This document shows positions 12,381 to 25,599 of a stretch of 64,000 nt of DNA, piece after piece. Source of the stretch: Eledone cirrhosa (taxonomy: Eukaryota); the NCBI GenBank assembly GCA_964016885.1, contig OZ024742.1, positions 120,342,001-120,406,000 on the forward strand, read 5' to 3'. The first letter of the stretch is position 1. Each line of letters starts with the position of its first letter. Under the pieces are notes generated by a model, which saw nothing but the letters and a program-made list of their open reading frames with translations, made no database searches and was not told the origin of the DNA. Position numbers and translations under genes: made by a program.

Positions 12381-15300
12381 CACCACCACCACCGCCACCA
12401 CCATTTTACGTCCGTTCTTCCACGCTAGCATGGGTTAGACGGGTTGTCCTGTTGTGGGCTATGCCAGGTCAGGTGACCATGTCTTGCTTATACGGGAACT
12501 AATTCTGGCTTGATTTCTATAGCTGGATGCCCTTCCTAACACCAACCTATTTACAGTGAGTGCTGGGTGCTTTTTTCCATGGCGCCTACACGTACACTTT
12601 ACAGTGTGCGCTGGGTGCTTTTTTGCTGTGCACCTCCACGACCATTTTGCAGTGGGAGTGTGGGGGGGGGCATATTGTCTATATGCTTCAGCTTCGGCTT
12701 GTACCTGTGGGGGGTCGGGTACTCTGTATTACTGCATGACACCGGAGGTCACGGTCGTGTGTCATCGCCTTTGAGGGGTGTAATTGGGTTAGGTCGGCTT
12801 TTATCATCTCATCCCAGGTCTTCTTGCGTCTCCCCATTCCGCGGTTTCCATCGACTTCTAGTGCTCTGCACCTTTTTATGCAGCTGTCATCCTTCATGTG
12901 CATCACATGTCCATACCAACGCAACTGCCTCTCCTGCACACAGCATTTGATTCCTCTTATGCTCAGTCTCTCTCTCAATTCATCTATGCTTTGCCGTTAG
13001 CGTATATTACTATTACACATCCATCAGAGCATGCTGGTTTCGTTTCTTTCTAATCTACACAAGTCTTCCCCAGACAGCGCCCAGGTCTCACTACCATGTA
13101 ACATTACTGTTCGTATATACGCATCATACAGTCTGCCTTTTATTTTGAGGGAAAAGCCTTTTGCAGCTAGCAGTGGCAGTAGTTCCCTGAACTTCTTCCA
13201 TCCGTTTCTTACCCTAGTTATTGTACTTTCCGAACACCCATCTCCGCTGCTAATTCGGTCACCTAGGTAGCAGAAGCTGTCTACTATTTTTACAGAGCCC
13301 TCCCAGAGTTTGGTGGTACTTGTTTCCTGTGGCTGTTTGCTGCTTGCTGTCCCAGCACAGCAGCTACATGTGAAGCCTACATTCTTAGTCAAGCTTCCTG
13401 AGATCCCGCTACATCTCTTGTATGCATTTCCTACATACTGAGCAAGGCCATTTCCCCGAGGGGATCTGGTTCTGTTTTCTCGTCTACTTATAAGGACCTT
13501 AGTCTTTGTCAGGTTGACTTTGAGACCCTTTCTTTCTAATCCCTGCTTCCAAGTTTGGAATTTCTTCTCTAGTTCTACCATAGATTCAGCTATAAGTGCG
13601 AGGTCATCTGCATACAGGAGTTCCCATGGGCATCCGGTCTTAAACTCCTCTGTTATTGCCTGCAGAACTATGATGAACAGGAGAGGGCTAAGAACAAAGC
13701 CCTGATGGACACTGTACGCTAAATTCCTCGTTATACTCATTGCTAATCCTAACTTTGCTGACTGCTCCCCTATACATGGCTTGTACAGCTTTCACAAGTC
13801 ATTCATTTACTCCTAGTTTTCTAAGAGCCCACGGGGAACTCTGTCAAAGGCTTTCTCGAGAACGACGAATGCTAGGTAGAGCGGCTTACTTTTAGCTAGG
13901 TACTTTTCCTGTAACTGCCTCACAAGGAAGAGGGCATCAGTGGTGCCTCTTCCTGGCACAAACCCAAATTGCATCTCATCTAGTTTCACCCGGTCCCTAA
14001 TCAACTGTGCTATAACTCTCTCTGTTACTTTCATGACCTGGTCCATCAGCTTTATAGCTCTATAGTTTCCTCTATCTAGTGCATCACCTTTACCTTTGTA
14101 GCAGTTGACAATGATGCTATGCACCAATCCTTTGGTATGACAGCTTCTATTATTACCTTGTTAACAATACGTGTGGTTATGGTGTGACCTACCCACCCAG
14201 ATGCCTTCAGCATCTCGGCAGCTATACCCGATGAACCGGTTGCCTTCCCCGTCTTCCTATCTTTGATTGCCTTACTTACTACGCTGCTGCTGACTTGTAC
14301 TGCTGGCCTCTCTATAGCCTCTACTTGGGGTAGGGTCTCTTCTTCCCAATCATTCTCATTTAGAAATCTATCATAATGGCTCTTCCATGCTTCTTTCTTC
14401 TCAGCACTTTATCAAGCTCACCTTTATCATTCCGGATACACTCTCCAATGACATCACAATTCTCTCTGACACACTGCCTCGCAATCTTGAACACCTGTTT
14501 CTGGTCCTCATGTTGCAAAACATGCTTGAATTTTCTATCCTCTGCTTCCCTCCTAGCTAAGTATACTTGTTGCCTAGCTTCCCTCCTGGTCTCTATGTAA
14601 TGTACCCTGCTTGCCCTGTTCTTCCATTCTTTCCATGCCTGTCTCTTGGCCTTAACTGCCTCATCTACCTTATTGTTCCACCACCAAGTCACTCTCCTCC
14701 TGCCTGTGGTCTTACTCCAGCCACAGATCTCATCCGTTGCCTTTAGTAAGTTATTTTTTAGGAACTTCCAGTGTCCTACATTGAATGTCTCTATCTGTTC
14801 TTCTTTACTGGCATAGGCATTGAGTAAAATATCTTTAAATCTGTTACTGGCTGAGGGGTCTTTCGGCTTCCAGATCTTTCTTCTCCAGGTTGGCTTCTGT
14901 TTCCAGGTTCGTCTAGTTCTGATCATGAGGTCGCTGACAACTAAGTTATGTTGGGAGGTATATTCCTCACTAGGGAAGGCTTTTGTGTTTATGACCGTCC
15001 ATCTGTTACGTCCTCTGATGAGGATAAAATCTATCTGACTAGAATGCTCCCCTGATCTATAGGTGATCAGATGGTTGTCGGGTTTTTTGAAGTTTGTGTT
15101 ACATATCAACATGTCATTGGCGTCGCAGAAGCCTGAAGCCTTCTTCATTTCTTGTGCCACCCCCATGGCCTCGCAATGATTAGGAAGTCATTGTCGTTTG
15201 TTAGAGCAGTAGTGTGCATTAGGGACTCGTAAAACCTATCTTTAAGTTCATCTGGCAACCCCGATTGGAGTGCGTAAGCTGATATTATTGTGGTAAATGT

Positions 15301-16595
15301 TTTATTCAGGACTAGTCTGAGTTTAATGATTCTTGGATTCACCCTGTTCACTGAGATTACCTTATCTACCCACTTGTCAGCTAGTAGGATACCTACATAA
15401 CCCATCTCATCGTCATTTCCCACCCAGAAAAATTTGTAGCGCTGCCTTTTGCCTACAAGGACTCTAGCAAACTCTCCTCTCTATCTAGTCTCTTGCACAC
15501 AGCGTACATCAATTTCCTTTCACTCTAGCATCTCTATGATTTCTCCTGCTCTTCCTTTCATTGTGCTTACATTGATGGTTCCAACTCGGAGTTTTGGGCA
15601 TTCGTCAACATTCGTGGGAAAGGGTAAATTTTTGCAGGGGGGTGTGTATGCTTCCTGTCTCTGAATTGAAGCTTCACATGGATGCTTGGTAGCTCGCGGA
15701 TTCATATTCATTTTCCTTTATTAATTCGGGGTTGCTCCATTTATTCTCAGCTCATCCATACATAACGGTAGGAGAATTCAGGGCTAGAAGAACAGTGGTG
15801 GTGGTAATAATGGCAGGGTTTGTTGGGGCTGGGACAGGTGAGGAGAGACGTAGTAGTAGTAATGGCAGAGTTTGTTAGGGTTGGTAATGGGGGGGGGGCA
15901 TGTTGAGGTTTGATTGGTCGAATAGGCTATGGTGGTGTGAGAGGGTGGGCAGGAGGGAAATTGTGAGATAGGTAGCCATCATAGCCTATAGCATATCAGG
16001 GCAAAATAAACCGATACGAGTACCTATATTAGACAAGGCGAAATGTTAGGATTTCGAAGGGAGTAGATGACTTCGTAGAGACAGAGAAATGATAAATACA
16101 ACAATAATAATAATGTAAGAGAGAGGAAGGGGGTAGATGACTTCGTAGAGAGACAGTCATAGTGACAGCATGGGAAAAAAAAAGGGTAAAAAAAAAAATA
16201 AATATGTGTTGTGGAGGCTAGTGAAATGATAAATACAACAATAACTAATAATAGTGTGAGCGGAACATTTGTAATTGGGAAATAGAGGGATACCAGGAAG
16301 ATATATATGGATAGCTGGAACATGGTTTAGCAGCTCTAGTGATTCATTTTAGCCTTTCAGAATCAAGTGTGTCTTATCTCTTGAAGAACCTCAAGATGAG
16401 TGAGGGATGAATGGAAGAGAAAGGGAGGTAATAGGTAGGGGAGACGTGGCTAAGAGAGAGAGGGGGTAGCCATCATAGCCTATAGCATCTCAGGGCGAAA
16501 TAAACCGATACGAGTACCTATATTAGACAAGGCGAAATGTTGGGATTTCGAAGGGAGTAGATGACTTCGTAGAGAGACAGTCATACTGGCCAGCC
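12381..16595 (-). mobile_element. Full-length (about 4.2 kb) RTE LINE, decayed
   Basis: APE endonuclease motifs (RVGTINV, GVGILL-like, SAYA.QSG, SQIDFIL) in ORFs 14360-15711. RT motifs (QFGF, LEKAFDRVPR, WELLYADDL) and RWYGHV in ORFs 12688-14127. (GGT)n tail at 12381-12402. Candidate TSD TTTTTATA at 12373-12380 and 16596-16603. Confidence 0.93.
12688..15711 (-). pseudogene. RTE APE-RT polyprotein pseudogene (multiple frameshifts and stops)
   Basis: Six collinear minus-strand ORF fragments carry APE, RT and C-terminal motifs. Confidence 0.92.
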
Positions 16596-16621
16596 TTTTT
16601 ATATATATATATATGTATATA

Positions 16622-16905
16622 TCCATAGACAATATGCCCCCACACACCCCACTGCAAGGTGGTCGTGGAGGTGCCACGGCAAAAAAGCACCCAGCCCACA
16701 CTGTAAAGTGGACGTGTAGGCGCCACGAAAAAGCACCCAGCACTCACTGTAAATGAGGTTGGTGTTAGGAAGGGCATCCAGTTGTAGAAATCAACCCAAA
16801 TCAGTTCCTGTATGAGCAAGGCATGGTCAGCCGACCAGACACTGCCCACAACAGGACAACCCGTCTAACCCATGCTAGCGTGGAAGAACGGTGATGATGA
16901 TGATG

Positions 16906-16907
<2 letters not shown>
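16622..16907 (+). mobile_element. RTE 3'UTR fragment with (GAT)n tail
   Basis: Reverse complement of 12403-12685, same subfamily. Confidence 0.9.
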
Positions 16908-16970
<63 letters not shown>

Positions 16971-16998
16971 AGAAATATATATATATATATATAAACCC

Positions 16999-17047
16999 AT
17001 GCAAGCGTGGAAGATGGACGTTAAACGATGATGATGATGATTATGAC

Positions 17048-17100
<53 letters not shown>
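16999..17100 (+). mobile_element. Ultra-short RTE 3' end with a long (GAT)n tail
   Basis: TGCAAGCGTGGAAGATGGACGTTAAACGATGAT..., flanked by the direct repeat ATATAAACCCA (16989-16999 and 17100-17110). Confidence 0.8.
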
Positions 17101-17101
<1 letters not shown>

Positions 17102-17672
17102 ATAAACCCACACCTGTAGGGAACAGCTTTTTTTTGAAAAATGTTATACTGAAAACATAACTGTGCTCCAGTTTGATACTATTTATGAAGGATTTTTCAT
17201 ATTTCCTTAATTCTTTATGCTTAGTTTGAACAGTAGTATTCCTAAATCCATATTATGTTTCAAAGCCTTCAAGGCTCCATTTCAGAGTAATTGACTTTCA
17301 AAAAAAAAATGAGGCTGGGAAATAAAACAAGCTAATAATGTTAATTTATAAATATTTACATCATCATCTAAAACTGTCATTACTTTTAAATATTCAAGGA
17401 TCAAATAGAGTGCTACTAAAAAGAAGAAAAAGAGAAAGAAAAAAACATTAATTGCTGGTGGAATAATTAGCATAAATTGAAATATTTTAGTTCCACATCA
17501 CTGAAAACCTCAGTTTTCATAAACAGTTGAAATCCTGATAGACTTGCAACTAATAGATTTTATACTCTTAAATGTGTCTTACTTTTATTACCAGACTTCT
17601 AATAAAAGACAATGCCTATGGTTTCCTATACATTTTTTTAAAAAAAGCTGTTCCCTACAGGTGTGGATTTAT

Positions 17673-17673
<1 letters not shown>
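17101..17673. mobile_element. MITE with about 33-bp TIRs, TA-flanked
   Basis: TATAAACCCACACCTGTAGGGAACAGCTTTTTT matches the reverse complement of AAAAAAGCTGTTCCCTACAGGTGTGGATTTATA with 1 mismatch. The interior is AT-rich and non-coding. Confidence 0.85.
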
Positions 17674-17705
<32 letters not shown>

Positions 17706-17869
17706 GTTTAACATCCATCTTTGAAAAATAATTTAGAATTTGGAGGGATTTTGTAAAATATATGTTCCCATTATTAATCCGATATTTGTAACATAATAAA
17801 GGTTCTGAGAAAAAATTATGATAGAAGGTTTTTAGATGAATATACATACTTAATTACCAAGGATGAGAG

Positions 17870-17978
17870 ACCAAGCAAGAAACAGTTCTGTATGAGCAAG
17901 ATATGGTCTCCTGTTCTGATTTGTCTCACAATGGGACAACTCATATAAACAATGCTAGCATGGAAAAATGGATATTAA

Positions 17979-18010
<32 letters not shown>
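17870..18010 (+). mobile_element. RTE 3'UTR fragment with (GAT)n tail
   Basis: ATGCTAGCATGGAAAAATGGATATTAAATGATGAT terminus. Confidence 0.8.
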
Positions 18011-18012
<2 letters not shown>

Positions 18013-18070
18013 GTTAGTAATATTTACACAAACACACTTTCTCTTTTTATTTATCTCCTGCTTCGTGACT

Positions 18071-18525
18071 CATCATCATCACCGTTTTACATTCATTCTT
18101 CCACGCTGATATGGGTTAGACGGGTTGTCCTGATGTGGGCAATGCTAGATCAGTTGACCATACAGAACTGATTTTGGCTTGATTTCTACAGCTGCCCTTC
18201 CTGACACCAACCTTATTTACAGTGAGTACTGGGTGCTTTTTACTGTGGCGCCTACATGACCACTTTACAGTCTGGACTGGGTACTTTTTTGTCATGACAC
18301 CTACACCACCAATTAACAGTGGGGGGGGGGGCGTACTGTCTATATGCTTCAGCTTGTACCCATAGGAAGTCGGGTCGTCTGTATTACTGCATAACGCTAG
18401 AGGTCTCAGTCCCGTGTCATCGCCTTTGAGAGGTGCAATTGGGCAGGATCAGCTTTTATCACCTCATCCCAGGCCTTCTTGGGTCTCCCCAATTCAAGGC
18501 TTCCATCGACTTTTAGTGCTTTGTC
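18071..18525 (-). mobile_element. RTE 3' fragment
   Basis: Aligns by eye with 12403-12870 (UTR plus the GRPKKAWDE region). Confidence 0.88.
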
Positions 18526-18544
18526 CATATTATTATTATTAGAG

Positions 18545-18745
18545 CAATGGAGTGGGAGAATTGTTAGAGCATTGAACAAGATATTCTACTGTATTTATTC
18601 TTTTTTTTTATGTACTGAGTTCAAATCTCAGGTCAGCTTCGATCAATTTTGTCACTTACTCCTCAGTGGTTGATAAAATATAGACAATTTAATTGACTTT
18701 CCCCTCCTGCCAAAATGACAGGCCATGTGTTAAAATTAGAAACCA
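18545..18745 (+). mobile_element. Old tRNA-derived SINE
   Basis: GAGTTCAAATCTC box B and a degenerate core and tail of the common SINE. Confidence 0.6.
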
Positions 18746-19041
18746 TTTCCCATAACTTCTTTTCAGCTTTCTCAACTCTTTCACTGTTACAGCCAGAACA
18801 ACATAATTCATTTCATTCATTTATCTATTATATAGCTAAATTATTGCTATAATTAATTGTTCCCTTTGCCACACACACACACACACATTTCTGTTTGAAT
18901 ATTAGAATCCTATTTTCTAATGTCATTCAATAAATATTCATTTGAAATAACATATACTCCCATCAAGTATTGTAAGAAAACATCAAATAAAACACATTAA
19001 TTTCTAATATATTATTACCCGGTACACATATAAAATGGTTT

Positions 19042-19240
19042 CTAATTTAAACACAGGGACTGCAATTTGGGAAGGGAGAAATAAATTAAATCAACCCCAG
19101 TACTTGACTGGTACTTTATTTTATCAACCCAGAGATGATGAAAGGCAAAGTTGACCTCAGTGGGGTTCAAACTCAGAATAGAAAGTGCAGGAACAAATAT
19201 AACAAAGCATTTGTCCAATGCTCTAACAATTCTGCCACAT
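19042..19240 (-). mobile_element. tRNA-derived SINE
   Basis: CTGGTACTTTATTTTATCAACCC..GATGAAAGGCAAAGTTGACCTC is the reverse complement of the SINE core. Confidence 0.8.
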
Positions 19241-20029
19241 ATATAATAATAGTTGTGTGTGCATGTATGTGTGTGAGAGAGAGAGCATGTAAGATTTTTA
19301 AATTTAGAGGTATGGCTGCTGGTAAAATAGAAGCATAGTGATATTGGCCACATTCTTTATTTTATGATTTCTCTGGTGGTGGTGGTGGTGGTATTGGTGG
19401 TATTGATTTTTTTGTATGTATAGACACAGTGTTGTTGAAGGGCAACATTTAGAAGCAATTGAATCAACACAGAGATACTTAATCTGTTGACCAACTCTAG
19501 CTGGATTTCAACTCAGTACTGTGGCTTCCTTGTTTTTGTTTGTTTTTCTTTGATTTTGCTAGAGTATTGACCATATATGAGCAACAATGATTTAAGAAGA
19601 AAAAAAGAAAAACATTTATAAACACTCATGTGGATAATTATTACAAAAAGTTACTAAGAAAAATAGTAAGAAGTGCTAGAATGATTTTTATTACTTCGAA
19701 GCTAAAGTAAGATTCTATTTCGAAAGAAGTAGATCATGTATATTGATGCCACCATAATAAATAACAAACGCCTCTATATCATACTGTACTATACCAAAAA
19801 ACAATAACTGCCTCACAAAAGGTGCTACAACATTAAAATAAGAGAAGGGAAATCTATTTGAACAGTATTAGCAATTTAACTGTGGTTGGTAATAGAAGGG
19901 AGAGAACAGGAACATATGCAATACCTTTATGTTAAATCTAATAGTTCCTTGAAAAAAAACAACAAAAATAAGAAAAACCATGCTTTGATAACAATAAACA
20001 AAGATAACTCCAGAGAGGAAATGGCAAGC

Positions 20030-20310
20030 CACTTTGGAGGTGGAATTTGTTTATCCTATTGTTGAATATGGCCTTCAAAATGGTTGAAAATTGATTAAAA
20101 AAATTCTTACGAAATGAAGTTGTGAAACACTTAAAACATTTGAAATATCAAAATATAAAAACTTCATAAAACATGTTCTCCACTCATGAGAATTTCAAAA
20201 CTGCACCATCTAAACATAGCTGCCTTGGCTTACACATGGGGTTTGGATTTTTCCCATTTCTCAGACATAAAATAGGCACTCAGCTTATATTTTGGGTTCA
20301 GACATAGATA
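20030..20310 (+). mobile_element. Fragment of the pogo/Tigger-like MITE family seen at 33794
   Basis: Shared block CATGTTCTCCACTCAT.AGAATTT.AAAACTGCACCATCTAA. Confidence 0.7.
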
Positions 20311-21169
20311 AGTTAATGAAGTTCTGGACAAGCATATGGACTTATAAAACCTCAACAAAAATATTGCCATAAATGAAAACCGAGAAGTTGCAAAAGTCAG
20401 AAGTGTGGAAGAATTTTAAGATTAGTGTGAAGGCAATCAAAGAGGCTTTATGAAAAATGAAAAAAATATTCATCAGTAATGAAAAGGTTTTTAGAATTAC
20501 TAGAAATTAAACTTGCAATGCTGGAATGGTTTCTTAATCATTTGAAACTAAACTGTCTAACACTGCCCTTGTTTCTACAATTCGAGGCTGATTATTTTAA
20601 AGTGTTTATACTTATCTAAAAACCATCCATTACAATTTTATATAAGAACCTTTGTTAAGTTATTCTCCAAAGACGAGCTTAATAATCAGAAAAATTAGTT
20701 TATATGATTAAATCTCCACCAAATTCTTGATTATTTTCAAAATAATTTGAAACTTATAAGCAGTATCTTCTATTACAAATATGACAATGAAAGAATTCAT
20801 TGATATACCATGCCATATGGAATGGAATAGCTTTAGGTTGAATTATTCTTAATTGGAAAATGTGAATTCATTAGAAGTATAGGCCAATCACTTGTTTAAA
20901 CACTTTATACAAGAGTTTTACAGGTATGCTGGCAAAATAAATTATGAAGAACTATAGTGAGATAGGAGTCAAACAGGCACATACTGGCAATACTTGAAAA
21001 AGGAAACAAACAGTTAATACTTAAATACATCAGAAACTTTCTCTGACTACCAGAGAACTTATGTATGAAGATTCTGTGGCTTCATAAGTGAGATAATGCA
21101 TAAATGGTGGACAAAATTGAAAATGTCTAGAGGCAGAAGAAAGTAAACAAGATGCTGGATTTCAATTTG

Positions 21170-21485
21170 AGAAAATTCAATGCTGTTTGTGCAGAGTGGG
21201 TAGCATTCTGGGTCCTTGAGCAAAAACACTTCAATTTACTTCAAGTTACTCCAGACTACTCAGTTGGAAGAATGAGAAGCAGTTGCAACTAGAGGGTTAA
21301 CTCTATGATAGATTTACATACTGAGTCATACCATCTAGGGAATAGTTTTGAACTCTGAACCATACCATCTAGGGAGTAGTCTTCTTCTCTGAGCCCTATC
21401 ATCCAGGGGTAGTCTTGTACTCTGAGCCATACCATCCAATGAACCTAGATAAGCTCTGGCCTGGTAAGTCTCGAGGCTTGTGACA
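21170..21485 (+). mobile_element. Old SINE of a second family with an internal tandem of about 35 bp, 4 copies
   Basis: GTCCTTGAGCAAAAACACTT..ACTCAG core and GATAAGCTCTGGCCTG tail. The unit CTGAGCCATACCATCTAGGGAGTAGTCTT repeats at 21320-21440. Confidence 0.6.
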
Positions 21486-22903
21486 GGTTTTAACTGTTGT
21501 TTTTAACTAAAATACCAATACTGCAAATAACTTTGGCCTCTTTCTTGCCTGCAAATCCAGTTCTGTCCACCAGGACCACAAAGCATACTGACCTTTGAAC
21601 AGTGAATGGTAAATACAGATCTCACTGGCACACACATAGTAAATACTAACAATTAACTGCATATGTATTCATTAATTTGAACCACAGCTCAAGATAGAGG
21701 ACAAAACTGAATACTAATTTACATTGTCTGGTACTTGAGTCTTTCTACCATATCATTGCTTTCACAGACATGGCTTGGATAAAAAAACATTTTCTGATTT
21801 ATAATCTTAATTCTATATAATTACTTTATTTCTACCCTCTTGTCATCTACTCCCAATATCACTTATAATTCCTCCACCAGACACAAAGTATGAACCACAA
21901 TAAAAAATACCTCCTCAGAACACCTGTTCATCTATAATGTATGATATTTGTCTTTGAAGTAAATAACATTTAAAATCTTCCCAAGGTCTATCAGGCAGCA
22001 ATAAATGTTAACAACCATTTAGATATGGTTCAACAGTCATTATAAAAGCTTACTCATCAGAAATTAGTAGATTCTTTTTATTTTCAGCAAAGCATATTTC
22101 TTTAATGAATTAAACATCTAAAAGCTGGTTTTATCACACAAGTATTTATTGGCAATTAAACCAAACGAATTATGTGGTTAAAGAGTGAGAAAATAACATT
22201 TTATTTATTGTTTTGAATATTCAATATGCTCAGCTAATTTATAAATGATAAAACAACATTTTTATACCTCACATATTTCAACAGAAATGACTGATGTTAG
22301 AAGAGTATCTCTAACACTGTAATATTGCACCAAGCTAAGTGTATCTCTTCAAAGATGCTTTGCTCATTTCATATAACTCTCTGGCTTAATAGTTAGTAGG
22401 TATATTTGAAAATAATGAAGTCTTCAAATGACATTTTTTTTCAACAAAAGTAATCCTGGGATAGAGTAATAGTTATAAGCAATGTTGAATTACTTTTGAG
22501 TAATTCCATATTGCTATACTCAAAACCTAAATAAGCAATTTTGTTGATAGTTTGTTGTTAGTTAGAAATATCAAAGGTTTCATTAAATTTTATTCATTAT
22601 TTAGTGATAGTAGCTTTGAAGACTATTGTAAGATCAAAGAATCTAGATAATAAGTACAGAGATCTTGCATGTTATCTCTACATTTGTACAAATAGAATTA
22701 TGATTCAAAATAATTCATGTCGATATCAGAAGGAGGTAAAAACAGGGGTTAAATTCACTTCAGATTGAATGTGTGGAGATAAAAGCTAACGCATAATGTA
22801 AGAAAAGTTTTATACAGGTTTTTATTATATCAGTAAATTGAAATCCTTAATACCTTAGGCTTCAATTAATCAACTTATTTTTGTTTATTCATTTATATAT
22901 ATA

Positions 22904-23887
22904 CTAGCATCAGTACCCAGCGTTGCCTGGGTAGGTAAAATAATATCTGCTTTGATGAAAAGGTGTTGATCTTAGCGACTGCTTTTCGATGACTCATCTA
23001 TGGCCACACACAGGCCATGCGGGGAAGGGTGGTGAAGACCTCTATGACTGAGAAACACGGGTGACTGACGAAGGGGCATGCTGGGGGAGGGAGGTAATGA
23101 CCTCTAACACTAAGCCAAATTTCCTCACGCTACTTGATTGGAAACCGATGAATTCTCAAATACACAACTAAAAGCTCAGACGACGTCAGTGGCCATCGTT
23201 TTGCCTTTGACCATCTATAAGATGTGCAATGATAGGTTCTATCGTAGTATAAAAGTTGAACCAAATAAATTGATTTATGTGTGAGGTGGCCGAAGTTTCA
23301 AATTTGAACGAAATTGGTTGAAAAATGTGGGAGCTAGAGCCGAAAAGGCAGAAATTTGAGCGAAAAGGTGGTATTTTTGAATATTTAAGCGGCTGCCACG
23401 CCATTCCTGAACAAAAAATCCAATATGTAAAGCCATTTTAAGACGTGAAATAATCAGATCTAGGGTAGTGTAAAATTTGAACAAAGTAGGTTGATTAATG
23501 TGGGAGCTAGAGCCGAAAAAGTGGAAATTTGAGTCTAAAAGTGGTATTTTTGAATATTTAAGCGGCTGCCACACCGTCCTTGAACAACAAATGCAAAATA
23601 TAAAGTCCTTACAGGATGTGTAATGATAAATTCTATTTTGCTTTAAAATTTGAACAAAATCGGTGGCAAAATGTGGGAGCTAGAGCCAAAAATCTTATTT
23701 TTCGATACCCAATCGATTTTTATCTGCAGAATGACCCCAGAATAAAAAAAAAGATACGCTGATATATAGAAAACACTCCCCGATGACTAATCTATGAGCC
23801 TGCAAAGTTTCATGAAAATCGGTCGTAAGATGTAGGCCCCTATAGGTAATACACAGACACACACACACAATTATATATATATACAGA
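22904..23887 (-). mobile_element. Non-autonomous Helitron with internal repeats of about 180 bp
   Basis: Minus strand: A|TCTGTATATAT at the 5' end; 3' hairpin ACCCAG-GCAACG-CTGGGT followed by ACTGATGCTAG|T. Internal repeats contain AAATTTGAAC..TGTGGGAGCTAGAGCC three times. Confidence 0.88.
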
Positions 23888-24777
23888 TATATATATATGA
23901 CCTTATTCGATCAAACCTATTCTTTCTCTCTTGAACTTAGATATGGCACAGCTCACCTTCCTTCTCTCTCTCAGAATCACTATCTTGCCCCAATGCTCAC
24001 TTCATCTCATTTCACCTCTCAAAAACTACTTGGCCAGTTCTATCTAGTTGTTTTACATGAGGAACAAATAAGCTAAGATCTATCTATCCTGTTTTATTCA
24101 TTTCTCAGTCAATTTCACATTAAATTACCTGTTGCCAGATTTTGTTATTCTCAGTGTAATGTTATTCATCTACCAAATACACTTCTCAATATCATGTGTA
24201 CAGTGTACAGTGTGCATGTAAAATCTAAATGACTCCCAAGTCTAATTTGGCTTTTAGGGGGCTTACACTTAGTATAGTTTCCTGGTGAATCTGATATAGA
24301 ATCATGGAAATTCACAAGAACAGAGGCATATAGAATTAAGTCCACTATCTACATATTCAAAGAAACAACTACAGTTAATCTGAACTGAAGACCTTTCAAA
24401 CTGCTAATCCAATATCATATCCAGTCAGCTATTACATCTCATCCATGTAAGTATTTGCTTGTACAAAGTTGCAAATTGTTTTCAGTGTGCATATTCATTT
24501 ATCTTTAATCAAGTGTGTGTATATATTATGTCTATATTGATTCATTCTTAAGAAAAGCACAAATGCAACTGCAGTTTCTTCATGCTTCAAGATCACACAG
24601 ATTTGCCTTAGTAAGAGACCATAGGCTGGGGTTGGTTTTATTGACTTTACCCGTTCCCTCAAATTGCTGGCCATGTGCCCAAGTTAGAAACCATTATTAT
24701 TATTATTATTAATATTATTACTCTTGTTAAGTAGTGCATTGGGTGGATTGTTAGACAAAATGCTTTGCATTTCATCC

Positions 24778-24834
<57 letters not shown>

Positions 24835-25419
24835 GATGGCTAAAAATGATGATGGGGAAATAAAAACCAGGGGTTTGATGAGGGGGTATAGAGACAATAA
24901 GATAAAGTGGAGGTCATCAACCCCCATCACCACCACCACAAGGCCAGCCACAGCTTTAGCAGTGAAGATAGCCATAAAGCACTTATTTCTGTTGTTGTTG
25001 TTGTTTTTGTTATCAAAGAATGATGATAATATATCATCAGGATTGCTTCACAATGTTGCTCTTATCATAATAACTAGTTGAGTAGTTCTAACTGAGAATA
25101 CATTTTAGAAAGCTATGAATATAAATATATTAATTACTATTATAATATTCTTTCTTAAAATATCCTGAAATTATTTCATTAAATCAATACCATTTTATCT
25201 TATATTTCAAATTAATGCCATTAATGAAAATTAAACAGAGATATAAAGATTATATAATAAATAACTATAAGCAGACATTCATATATGCATATAAACATAC
25301 ATATACATATAAATATATAAATACACACACATATATACAATATATACATATACACACACACATATATAAAATATATACATATACACACACACACATATAC
25401 AATATATACATATACACAC

Positions 25420-25580
25420 ACCATTTTACGTCCATTCTTCCATGCAAGTATGGGTTAGACGGGAAACTGATTCTGGCTTGATTTCTACAACGGGATGCCC
25501 TTCCTAACACCAACCTCATTTATAATGAATGCTGGGTGCTTTTTTGTCGTGGCACCTCCACGACCACTTTGCAGTGGAAT
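25420..25580 (-). mobile_element. RTE 3'UTR fragment
   Basis: CCATTTTACGTCCATTCTTCCATGC..GGATGCCCTTCCTAACACCAACC. Confidence 0.82.
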
Positions 25581-25599
25581 GATAGGGACTCCCAATCCT

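Noticed and set aside
16465-16595. HDV-like ribozyme at the RTE 5' end
   Set aside because: I could not place P1, P1.1, P2 or J4/2 by eye; kept only as an unassigned structured module.
16875-17111. Poly-His ORF
   Set aside because: Translation of an RTE (GAT)n tail and TA repeats.
22150-22560. Possible CR1-like 3' remnant on the minus strand
   Set aside because: The motifs are too degenerate to support a call.
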